Positions 6,746 to 14,791 of a DNA stretch of 37,490 nucleotides are shown here, in pieces. A program made the translations under genes and the position numbers. This DNA is from an uncultured Cytophagia bacterium (GTDB taxonomy: Bacteria > Zhuqueibacterota > Zhuqueibacteria > Residuimicrobiales > Krinioviventaceae). Where the stretch lies: NCBI GenBank assembly GCA_964414825.1, contig CAYPZM010000004.1, positions 1 to 37,490 on the forward strand. The letters are read 5' to 3'. The notes under the pieces are model-generated. The model saw nothing but the letters and a program-made list of their open reading frames with translations. It was not told where the DNA came from and made no database searches. The number at the start of each line of letters is the position of its first letter. The stretch's first letter is position 1.

Positions 6746-8269
6746 ATGCTGCGCTGGAGATACAAGGTGTATGATTTTGATGTTGCGGTAATAGGAAGCG
6801 GAGCCGGTGGCGGTACCATTGCTTACGCCCTGGCACAGTCCGGAAAAAGCGTGATTTTGCTTGAACGAGGTTCTCACCCCAAAGCCCCGGAGACGCGCGA
6901 TGAAATTCGCACCATGATCGACATGGAGTCGTATGACGATCGCTCGATCTCGTTTAAAAACAAACAGTACAGATTTTACAACGGTGCCGTTCCCGGCGGC
7001 AGTACAGCCCTGTACGGTGCCGCGCTGGTGCGGCCAGCTCGCGAAGATTTTACGCCGGGACGATTCTATGGCGACAACATACCACGAGCCATTTGGGACT
7101 GGCCCATTTCGTACGAGAATTTGGAACCGTTTTACGATCAGGCCGAAGCCTTGTACGGCGTATGTGGCGAAAATGGTCGACCTTTAAGAGCTGTCAGCAG
7201 GCCTCGTAATGGTTATGGCTATCCGGTGCCGCCTTTCAAGCCCATCAATTTAAAATTAGCGCAGAGCATTAGCCATTTTGGGTTTTCGCCATACCATTTG
7301 CCATTGGCCATCAATTTTGAGCAATGTTTGCACTGTCCAGATTGCCCCGGATTTTTATGTCCCAATTTTTCCCGCCTTTCTTCCTGGGATGTGTGTATTC
7401 AGCCGGCCCTCAAACGTTGTGGACTGGTATTCCGCACCAAAACCGATGTGGAAAAACTGCTGGTAAACCGCAAAGGAGATGTCCACGAGCTTGCATATAA
7501 AAATTGTCAGGATGATCAGCTAAAAACCATTTCCGCCAAAATTATTATTGTTGCGGCAGGCGCCATTGGCAGCGCTGTGGTGCTCTTGAAATCCAATTTA
7601 AAGTTTAATAATGAGCTATTGGGAAGAAATTACATGTTTCACGCCGGTGCGCTGGTGGGTGGATTGTTTCGACAGGACCTCGGTACGCGCAGCACTTTTG
7701 TGAAACAACTGGCATTCAGCGACCTTTATTTTGGCAGTGAAACATTTCCGCATAAAATGGGCTACGCACAAAGCGTTCCGACACTTGGCCCGTATACGTT
7801 TGCACGAAAGCTTGGGCTGCCCGTGTCCCCTAATTTCAGCAACATCTTTTTGCGGCGAATGTTGCTGTTTATGGGAACGGTCGAAGATCTGCCGCTTGTG
7901 AGCAATCGAATTGAATTGAACCAAAAGGGGGACATTCGGCTTTTGCATAAATTTCACAAATACGATTTGTATCGATCCAAATATTATTTGAAAATATTGA
8001 AAAAAATAATGCAGCGGGCAGGCGCAAAAGTGGTTGTGGGTGTAACGAGCGATAAAAACATCGGACACACAGCACATCAAGTTGGCACGGCAAGATTCGG
8101 CGACGATCCCGCAACCTCGGTTCTCGATCCGATGTGTCGGTTGCACAATTATCCCAATGTGTTTGTTGTGGATGGTAGTTTTATGCCAACGTCCTTGGGG
8201 GTAAGCCCGGCGCTGACGATTATGGCGAACGCCTTGCGAGTTGCGGACTTTATTAACAAGGAGTATTAA
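6746..8269 (+). CDS. GMC-family FAD-dependent oxidoreductase with an internal Cys-rich motif
   Basis: N-terminal Rossmann FAD motif YDFDVAVIGSGAGGGTIAYALA..ILLERG. C-terminal GMC signature HQVGTARFGDDPATSVLD...VVDGSFMPTSLGVSPALTIMANA. Start is uncertain: ATG 6746, TTG 6743, or GTG 6767, which has GGAGA at 6756-6760 and a 6-nt spacer. Confidence 0.85.
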   Translation: MLRWRYKVYDFDVAVIGSGAGGGTIAYALAQSGKSVILLERGSHPKAPETRDEIRTMIDMESYDDRSISFKNKQYRFYNGAVPGGSTALYGAALVRPAREDFTPGRFYGDNIPRAIWDWPISYENLEPFYDQAEALYGVCGENGRPLRAVSRPRNGYGYPVPPFKPINLKLAQSISHFGFSPYHLPLAINFEQCLHCPDCPGFLCPNFSRLSSWDVCIQPALKRCGLVFRTKTDVEKLLVNRKGDVHELAYKNCQDDQLKTISAKIIIVAAGAIGSAVVLLKSNLKFNNELLGRNYMFHAGALVGGLFRQDLGTRSTFVKQLAFSDLYFGSETFPHKMGYAQSVPTLGPYTFARKLGLPVSPNFSNIFLRRMLLFMGTVEDLPLVSNRIELNQKGDIRLLHKFHKYDLYRSKYYLKILKKIMQRAGAKVVVGVTSDKNIGHTAHQVGTARFGDDPATSVLDPMCRLHNYPNVFVVDGSFMPTSLGVSPALTIMANALRVADFINKEY

Positions 8270-8270
8270 C

Positions 8271-9056
8271 ATGAAAGTTGTGATTACCGGCATTAGCGGC
8301 ACGCTCGGCCAGGCACTCGGCAAAGAATACATTTCCCAAGGATGGCATGTGGTGGGTGTGTCGCGCAAGGCGAATCTGGAAGGAGATTTTTTTAGCGAGT
8401 TGATCACATCAAATCAGGATTCGATTGAGGATGCAAAAAGACTGTTGGCAACCGATCCGGACCTGCTTATTTTAAATGCCGGACAAATTGAAACAGACAT
8501 TGGCGAGTTCGGCGAGCCGCTGTCCCACATCGCAAAATCCATGAACACGGTAAATTATGAATGGCCGGCACTCGTGACGTTAGCCGCGGCGGAGCAACCG
8601 CGCAACAAACCTCTCGAAATCGTCGCGATAGGCTCCATTGCCGATGGCAGTCCCTCCTGTTTTGGGCCAGTGTATCACGCTGGAAAAATTGCATTGCATT
8701 ATTTTTGGACCGGGACCGGTCCGATCTTGTATCACAAAACCAACAAGATGGTACGTTTGCGTCTCTATCGGCCGGGGGCCATTAAAGGGCCACTGGCCTG
8801 GGCACCGGTAAACCGATTAAATGAAAAGGGATATCATGTTCGCGCCAAACGGGTGGATAACGCGCCACCGGCTGAGACAGTGGCGCGTCGTATGGTCAAT
8901 TGGATCAAATCCGGAAAACAATGGGTCGGCACCTATGATGAACCCATCAGCTTTCGTATGCTCAAATTTATGCACGCGCTGTCGCCCAACTTGTATTACA
9001 AGATCCAGTTGCTAGCCTGGCGCAAAGCCAGCAAGTTTGTACAAAATGGCAAATAA
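8271..9056 (+). CDS. Short-chain dehydrogenase/reductase (SDR) family oxidoreductase
   Basis: ATG 8271 with AAGGAG at 8258-8263, 1 nt after the GMC stop (TAA 8267-8269). Glycine motif VVITGISGTLG. Catalytic YxxxK present as YHAGK. The track ORF start at 8241 lies inside the GMC gene. Confidence 0.8.
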   Translation: MKVVITGISGTLGQALGKEYISQGWHVVGVSRKANLEGDFFSELITSNQDSIEDAKRLLATDPDLLILNAGQIETDIGEFGEPLSHIAKSMNTVNYEWPALVTLAAAEQPRNKPLEIVAIGSIADGSPSCFGPVYHAGKIALHYFWTGTGPILYHKTNKMVRLRLYRPGAIKGPLAWAPVNRLNEKGYHVRAKRVDNAPPAETVARRMVNWIKSGKQWVGTYDEPISFRMLKFMHALSPNLYYKIQLLAWRKASKFVQNGK

Positions 9057-9062
9057 ACGAGT

Positions 9063-9356
9063 TCACTCTGGCTTTTTGAATAAATCATCCAGCATTTTTT
9101 TTGCAGAATCGGAGCGACTCGTGCCCATGGCCTTGTTATCTTGCGCCGGCGTAAAATATTCACAGAAATTTGCCGTTGTCTTGTCATTGACGCGTTCGGC
9201 CTGGGGCTCGCGGCACTCTTTCCATGCCAGGGGATCGTAAAGCTGGCAGTTAAGGCAACAACGCAAATAGCTTTCACATTTAATACAGGTGTCCTGCCGA
9301 AAAATCTTTTTTCCCACTTCTATGGTAATCTCATCACCGCAATTGTGACAACGCAT
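9063..9356 (-). CDS. Cys-rich zinc-ribbon miniprotein of unknown function (97 aa)
   Basis: ATG at 9354-9356 with GGAGAAG upstream. Product MRCHNCGDE..CIKCESYLRCCLNCQLYDP..WKECREP..NFCEYF carries nine Cys, including CxxC pairs. The longer track ORF (to 9542) would read through the 9423..9457 terminator. Confidence 0.6.
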   Translation of the reverse strand: MRCHNCGDEITIEVGKKIFRQDTCIKCESYLRCCLNCQLYDPLAWKECREPQAERVNDKTTANFCEYFTPAQDNKAMGTSRSDSAKKMLDDLFKKPE

Positions 9357-9391
9357 GGTATCTTCTCCAGTGTTTTTATTTTTCCGTTCCC

Positions 9392-9420
9392 AAATTAAAA
9401 GGATAAACATGAAAACACAA
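9392..9420 (-). promoter_or_regulatory. Candidate sigma70-type promoter for the zinc-ribbon gene
   Basis: The minus strand reads TTGTGT, 17 nt, TAATTT, with the -10 element 36 nt upstream of the ATG and just downstream of the GNAT terminator. The promoter consensus of this organism is unknown. Confidence 0.3.
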
Positions 9421-9422
9421 GC

Positions 9423-9457
9423 AAAAAAAAAAGCCCGTTCCACTCGTGAAACGGGCT
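9423..9457 (-). terminator. Rho-independent terminator of the GNAT gene
   Basis: The minus strand reads AGCCCGTT..(loop)..AACGGGCT followed by about ten T (plus-strand A run 9423-9431), starting 21 nt after the GNAT stop codon (TGA 9478-9480). Confidence 0.8.
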
Positions 9458-9477
9458 CAATTAGGAGGTTAGCCATG

Positions 9478-10197
9478 TCAGTCATCGATGAATATCCCCA
9501 TGCGCAGGACGTCATGATACTGATTGTCAAAAAATACTTCATTGCGCAAAATGCCTTCTACCTGAAAGCCAAGTTCTTCGTTCAACTTGATGTTGCGGAT
9601 ATTTGTATTTAATGTACTCAGATAGATCTTTTTCAAACCCAAAGTTTGCACACCATATCGGATCCATAACTCCGACGCCTCTTTTGCATATCCCATTCGG
9701 CGTTTGGAGGGTTCGCCAATCATTTTGCGCATTTCGGCGCGGTGTTGTTGCGTATTGTGATCGCAAAAGGCAACCGCACCAATGGGTTCACCATCTTTGA
9801 GTGTAATGATGCCCAAAATGCAGCTTTTATCTTTGACAAAGTCCTCAATTTTTACCGGCTGGGCGGTCGTTCGCGACAGCAGAAACTGGCGGCCATCTTC
9901 ATCTTCCAACCATTTTTGCAGTAATTTTTTATCTTTGCCATTAAACGCACGAATATCGAGCCGTTCGCCTTGCAAAGGAAACTGTTGCAGATGCAGCTCC
10001 TGGCTAACGATAACGTCATCCACATGACGGCCATTGCTTTCCAGGGTTTTGCTATTTTTCATAGTCATATCGAGGAGGGCATTGACAAAACGCAGATAAT
10101 CGACTTTTTTAAAACCATAATCTACAGACTCTTTAAAAAAGCCACGGGTGATAGCCTCAAGACTCTGATCCGGAATGGTGGAATCGTTTAACCCCAT
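9478..10197 (-). CDS. GNAT-family N-acetyltransferase (RimJ/RimL-like) with a ~90-aa N-terminal extension
   Basis: C-terminal half GEPIGAVAFCDHNTQQHRAEMRKMIGEPSKRRMGYAKEASELWIRYGVQTLGLKKIYLSTLNTNIRNIKLNEELGFQVEGILRNE is a typical GNAT core. ATG 10197 has GAGGTG 6 nt upstream; the GTG at 10206 is the alternative. Confidence 0.8.
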   Translation of the reverse strand: MGLNDSTIPDQSLEAITRGFFKESVDYGFKKVDYLRFVNALLDMTMKNSKTLESNGRHVDDVIVSQELHLQQFPLQGERLDIRAFNGKDKKLLQKWLEDEDGRQFLLSRTTAQPVKIEDFVKDKSCILGIITLKDGEPIGAVAFCDHNTQQHRAEMRKMIGEPSKRRMGYAKEASELWIRYGVQTLGLKKIYLSTLNTNIRNIKLNEELGFQVEGILRNEVFFDNQYHDVLRMGIFIDD

Positions 10198-10317
10198 AAT
10201 AACCACCTCTTTGTTCTTGTTTGTTTTATCTATATACTGAAAAATCTATAAAGTGCAACACATTTTTGGTAGAGTTATTTCTTTAGAAACTAATATTTTG
10301 CACTTTTGCATTTCGAT

Positions 10318-13194
10318 CTACAGGACGGATATTTTCATTCCAGCCGCATCGACATCAAAATCAAAAAAGCGGGCGCGAGAGTTGGGAGAATCTTGTTCAA
10401 GAATGTTTCGGATGCGTTTCGCGGCAGTTTTGTCTTTGGGCACCATGAATAAAAATCCACCGCCACCGGCGCCCAATAATTTGGCGCCTAACAAATAGTC
10501 ATCAACACGCGATAAAATCGCTTCGATGTCATCGGTAGTCTGCCCTTGATCCAACCTCTTGTTCAACTGCCAGGCAGAACGAATGTTTTCGCCAAATGTT
10601 TCGATACGGCGGTGATCCAAATCGGTTTTCATTTCTTGCGCCAATGCAGCCAATTGTTGCAGCGTTTCCACGGCCTCGGCATCTCGTTTTAAATAACGTC
10701 CGACCACCTTGCGCAAGAGATTTTTTGCCATCCGGCGATAGCCGGTATAATATAATAAAAATTGTTCCGAGACATCACGTTGTGGCTGTTTTAAATGTGT
10801 CCACGCCAAAGTGGGGGTTTGATCGATTCCCGCCTTTGTGGTGATGAGCTTGACGCCTCCAGCCACGCCACCGATTTGGTCCTGCCATCCACCGCCCGTG
10901 GTCATCAATTGTTCGAGGTTGCTCGTGCGGGCATAGAGTTCATCGCGCGGCATATCGTGCCCCAGAATGCGCGCTAGAGTAGCAATGAGCCCGGCACCCA
11001 AAATGCTCGATGTCCCCAATCCCGAACCGGACGGCAGTGCACTAAATAACGTCAAATCGATCCCCCCTCCCAGGCGCTGCAAAAACTTTTTTAGGGTGCC
11101 GTCGGCTTCCAAGGGCACCAGGCCGGCCGCATATAACGCGGCTTTGGGAAGCGACAGCCAATCCGCCGGATTGGTAAAATTTCGCAATTCTTCGATGGAA
11201 GTAATTTCCACGCGTTGACCGAGGTCGATAGAGTTTATGCTAATCACAAAATCGGGCCTAATTTTCCCCACAACTTGAATGGGATATTGCCCATTTAGTG
11301 TGACCGAGGCGTTCAAAACGCAACCGCCGAGGTCGAGACAAATGGGCGGCGTATCGGTCCAACCGCCGGCAAAATCAAGGCGAGCGGGCAAGAGCGTCCA
11401 TACAACTTCATCCGAGCGGATGTGTAGCCGGTTGTCCTGGCGTTCCACCGAGTGCTGCAAGCCCAGATTTACGGCATTCCGAATTGACAAAAAGGCGCGT
11501 GTATAGAACGTTTCCGCGTTCGCTTCTTTTCCATCCGCTTTTGCCAGCTCTGCAAGCCACAGCTCCAACTTGGCGCGCTCTTTAAAATCGACGCGTTCTG
11601 TTTCAGCCAAAAGAGTTTGACGGATGGTTTCCACGTCCGCAGGAGTGCGAATGAGATCTTGCACATCGCGAAACGAAAACGAGTCCGATTTTATTTCTTG
11701 AGACAAATTATACAGCCGAAATTTCCGCAGCAAGTTCGCACGTTGCTGCAGCATACGATTTTGATCTGTATGCTGCAAGATATGTTGAATTGATTGGCGA
11801 TTTGCACGACGCCACAGCGCCAGGTCTCCCCTATGTTGCAAGCACAGCACGGCGTCGACAGCGTCTTGTGGCAATTCTGCGCAGGGGAAAAGCTGCGCTG
11901 TCCACAACTCTTGGATATCTTCTCTTGTCCACAACTCTTTGGACGTGATTCCAAGACTCTCAAAAACGTCGTACATGCGCGTGTTGAGAAAAAGCGGCTC
12001 ATAAGAGGCTTTAAAATGATCCAGAATGCCGTAAAGAATTGCGGCCCAGGTTCCGTCTTGTTGCGGTAGCAAAAGCAAACAGTTACCCTTTTTGAGAAAC
12101 AGAGGCCGAGTCAATTCTGTGAGCCCGGTTAGGAGATTATTTCCATCCAGCTTGAGATCCGCCGAAATCGAACAGCCTTCGATGAGTGACGGCGAGGTTG
12201 CGACAACCGAAACATTGTCGATCATGGAATTGAAAATCCAGGACGATTTCAATTCCGGAAAACGTTCGGCATTGGAGCGTACGCCATTTTGAAACCGATA
12301 TTGCACCGAAGCATGGGTGAGCGAATAGAAATGCCGCAAGAACTCGGCGCTGCGACCGACATGAAAAAAGCCGCAATAGGGCAAACAATTGGCGTACAAA
12401 TCAATGGCCTGCAAGAGACTGGCATCGGGGATATCCAATTTGCCGTGAACCGCGTGCACAAGTTCGTAATAGAGGTTGTAATTGAGCTCGCCCTTTTCAA
12501 ATGACCGCAACAATGTTTTGCACTGCAAAAACGCCTCGACCGCATCTGGAGCCAGATTGAGGATGCCGGTATCAATCCAAATGCGCTGCGAGTCGAGCGC
12601 CCCGGCCGACTCTAGTTCTTGCAGATTCGGCTTTTGCAACACATCACTCACAGGTTTTAAATGCTGTTCGCCATTCTCCACGACATACACGCCAAAATAT
12701 TGACCTTGTTGCGGGTCCTCCGGATAGGCCACGCCTGTAATCCCATGTGGCGAAAATTCAATAAAGCCGGGCTCAAAATTGAGCAGAACATCTCCGCTGG
12801 CAACAATAACTTGACCGGATTCAAGCGCGGGCAATTGCGCATAATTCTCCAGCATGAGGTCAAACAGGGTCAAATTTGCAGGAGTCGGTAGCGGCGCAAA
12901 CAACTTGCCGACCGCCGAGTAAGCCAGCAAACGGCGACTGTCACCGCCGCTGTGCAGCATCAACATACGCTTTTGAAGTAGCTCTGCGCCGTACTTTTGA
13001 TACAATATATGAAGCACATACAAGGTGCTACCTCCCGAACCAATGCGTTGCCCGCCGGGATCGGAGATGACCAGGAATTCCGTTTCGGGCAGCAGTCCGC
13101 GTTGGCGACGCCACTCTAGTTGCGTTTCATAACCTTTGGCTTGGTGTTCATTAGAAGCAGTTAAAATGCAAATATCAAAAGGTATATGGGGCAT
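10318..13194 (-). CDS. fkp: Bifunctional L-fucokinase / L-fucose-1-phosphate guanylyltransferase
   Basis: 958 aa. The N-terminal pyrophosphorylase part (ILTASNEHQAKGYETQL, GSGGSTLYVL, MLHSGGDSRRLLAYSAVGKLFAPLP) resembles Bacteroides Fkp and eukaryotic FPGT. The C-terminal part is a GHMP kinase (LPSGSGLGTSSILGAGLIATLA; LLGAGGGGFLFMV). Confidence 0.85.
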   Translation of the reverse strand: MPHIPFDICILTASNEHQAKGYETQLEWRRQRGLLPETEFLVISDPGGQRIGSGGSTLYVLHILYQKYGAELLQKRMLMLHSGGDSRRLLAYSAVGKLFAPLPTPANLTLFDLMLENYAQLPALESGQVIVASGDVLLNFEPGFIEFSPHGITGVAYPEDPQQGQYFGVYVVENGEQHLKPVSDVLQKPNLQELESAGALDSQRIWIDTGILNLAPDAVEAFLQCKTLLRSFEKGELNYNLYYELVHAVHGKLDIPDASLLQAIDLYANCLPYCGFFHVGRSAEFLRHFYSLTHASVQYRFQNGVRSNAERFPELKSSWIFNSMIDNVSVVATSPSLIEGCSISADLKLDGNNLLTGLTELTRPLFLKKGNCLLLLPQQDGTWAAILYGILDHFKASYEPLFLNTRMYDVFESLGITSKELWTREDIQELWTAQLFPCAELPQDAVDAVLCLQHRGDLALWRRANRQSIQHILQHTDQNRMLQQRANLLRKFRLYNLSQEIKSDSFSFRDVQDLIRTPADVETIRQTLLAETERVDFKERAKLELWLAELAKADGKEANAETFYTRAFLSIRNAVNLGLQHSVERQDNRLHIRSDEVVWTLLPARLDFAGGWTDTPPICLDLGGCVLNASVTLNGQYPIQVVGKIRPDFVISINSIDLGQRVEITSIEELRNFTNPADWLSLPKAALYAAGLVPLEADGTLKKFLQRLGGGIDLTLFSALPSGSGLGTSSILGAGLIATLARILGHDMPRDELYARTSNLEQLMTTGGGWQDQIGGVAGGVKLITTKAGIDQTPTLAWTHLKQPQRDVSEQFLLYYTGYRRMAKNLLRKVVGRYLKRDAEAVETLQQLAALAQEMKTDLDHRRIETFGENIRSAWQLNKRLDQGQTTDDIEAILSRVDDYLLGAKLLGAGGGGFLFMVPKDKTAAKRIRNILEQDSPNSRARFFDFDVDAAGMKISVL

Positions 13195-13301
13195 CGATAT
13201 CGTCCAGTTGTTTTAGAAACTAATTTTCGTTGCTGGTTTTAGCTGAGAAACACGATTTCATACGAGTTTAAAGTTACAATTTTATTTCATTCGTGTTTTT
13301 A

Positions 13302-14789
13302 TTATTTGATGGATGTCGTCCCCAAAAATTCGATCGACAACGACAGCAGCACATCCCAATAGGTATCATGAACATTGAGCTGATTTTCGACATGCTTGAC
13401 ATCCGAATAGGATACGCCAAAAGAGCCGTACAACCACCACAACGGCTGCCAGCGCGTCAAAAACCGGATGGTGTTTGAGGATTCAACAACACCAGTCGGG
13501 AACGACTCGGAATAGGTTTCTCCTGGCGGAATATCTCGCCACGGAGCGTCAAACGGATTGTGAACCCGGCCCTCGCCGCGGCGGCGTTTATCAAATTCAA
13601 GGCGACTGCGCCATTGCGGAACGGGGCGATATTCAAAGCCGGCAAGCCAGCGGTCAAAATCATTGCCCAGAAAATGGCCAATGGGATCATTGCGGTGCAG
13701 GTACTTTTCCCACGGTCCGCCTTGTCCGTTATACGTGCGATTGGTGACGCGGGTATATTCGGCAAAACAATCCAGTCCGGCAATGTTCAGCGGATCGGCC
13801 CAATTCACGCCCGCAAGCAGGCCATACTCGGCCGGTTCACCTTTATCGTCAATATTTTCATCTTCCAGTTGAATATCATCAATCAACACGCTGCCATACA
13901 CGGTGAGCAGCGGCAGCGGCATCCACATCACATCGGCGGCCGCCATAACATTGGCGATTTGCGGGCCGTTATGCTGCACTCCGGTGTAAAAAGTGACCGG
14001 ATTCAGCAATGCGAAATCGAGTCCAGCATCGGGTCCACCAAAAAGCGCGGTTTCGCTGATACCCAAACTTAAGTGCTTCAATGGGCGGAGTTCCAGTCGA
14101 TGGCCGCTCAGGTAACGGTTTTGAACGGAAGGTTGGTTTTTAACCTCATGCTCGGTTTTGTCCAGTGTTGCGGCAAAATAGGAAAATTTTATCCAGCGAT
14201 TTTGCCAGGCAAGATAAAGTTGATCCATAGGGCGACTGTTGGCGGAAATCATTAAAGACGCATCGCGGCCAGGCCCCCAGACCAGATAGTCGCGGCCGAA
14301 CTTTAGCTGGAAGGACTTGTAATCGATACCCAGATACGCCTGTTCCATGAATGCAGCAAAACCGCTTTGACGCTTGCCAATGTAGGTAGAGTCTTCATCC
14401 AGGCGATTATCAATATAAAATATAGTAAACAGATTAACATTTGGATGCAGTTTTCCGCCCACACTGGCACGCTGGATGGAGTGCAACCATGCTTTTTCTT
14501 GGGTTTGTTGAAGGGCATTATCAAGAATGGCCCATCCCAAAATCTGCTCGTGGGAATCGATAGAGGGAAGCTTTTGCAAAAGGTGTTGCGCCGGCCCGGA
14601 CGCCCAGGTGTTCAGCACTGTCTCTTGCAAAAGCTGTGCAGAATAGGGTCGTTCGAGCGGTGAAAACTGCCACAAAAGACCGCGGTAGTGGTAAAAACGA
14701 ATATCATCATCCAGCCAGTAATTAGGGCGAAGAGTTTGTGCGTTCAGAGAAATCGCGAGCAGTAAAAGAATAAAAAAGCGTTTTAGCAT
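13302..14789 (-). CDS. Outer-membrane beta-barrel protein, capsule-assembly Wzi family (tentative)
   Basis: Signal peptide MLKRFFILLLLAISLNAQT. ~495 aa, rich in aromatic/Gly beta-strand patterns. The segment FGRDYLVWGPGRDASLMISANSRPMDQLYLAW resembles the Wzi-family WGPG..SL.lS.N.RP motif. Last gene of the EPS operon, 2 nt after the priming transferase stop. Confidence 0.5.
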   Translation of the reverse strand: MLKRFFILLLLAISLNAQTLRPNYWLDDDIRFYHYRGLLWQFSPLERPYSAQLLQETVLNTWASGPAQHLLQKLPSIDSHEQILGWAILDNALQQTQEKAWLHSIQRASVGGKLHPNVNLFTIFYIDNRLDEDSTYIGKRQSGFAAFMEQAYLGIDYKSFQLKFGRDYLVWGPGRDASLMISANSRPMDQLYLAWQNRWIKFSYFAATLDKTEHEVKNQPSVQNRYLSGHRLELRPLKHLSLGISETALFGGPDAGLDFALLNPVTFYTGVQHNGPQIANVMAAADVMWMPLPLLTVYGSVLIDDIQLEDENIDDKGEPAEYGLLAGVNWADPLNIAGLDCFAEYTRVTNRTYNGQGGPWEKYLHRNDPIGHFLGNDFDRWLAGFEYRPVPQWRSRLEFDKRRRGEGRVHNPFDAPWRDIPPGETYSESFPTGVVESSNTIRFLTRWQPLWWLYGSFGVSYSDVKHVENQLNVHDTYWDVLLSLSIEFLGTTSIK

Positions 14790-14791
14790 AG

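Noticed and set aside
9357-9542. Longer 159-aa version of the zinc-ribbon ORF
   Set aside because: It would have to be translated through the strong GNAT terminator (9423..9457) and its A/T tract. The upstream residues are hydrophobic junk, and the internal ATG at 9356 has its own GGAGAAG.
9063-10197. GNAT plus small adjacent ORF as a GNAT-toxin/antitoxin module
   Set aside because: GNAT toxins are ~160-175 aa and follow a small RHH or DUF1778 antitoxin in the same transcript. Here the GNAT is 239 aa and RimJ/L-like. The small gene lies downstream behind a strong terminator with its own promoter, and it is a zinc ribbon.
10282-13224. 13-nt direct repeat TTTAGAAACTAAT at 10282-10294 and 13212-13224, flanking fkp
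   Set aside because: In 37 kb roughly ten identical 13-mer pairs are expected by chance, and more in AT-rich intergenic DNA. There are no extended flanking similarity, integrase or target-site features, so this is not evidence for a mobile fkp cassette. It could still be a shared regulatory motif.
13248-13298. Inverted repeat AAACACGA / TCGTGTTT between the Wzi-like gene and fkp as a terminator
   Set aside because: It has only an 8-bp stem with a 35-nt loop and no U tract on the coding (minus) strand. The T run is on the non-coding strand. It is more likely chance or a weak structural element.
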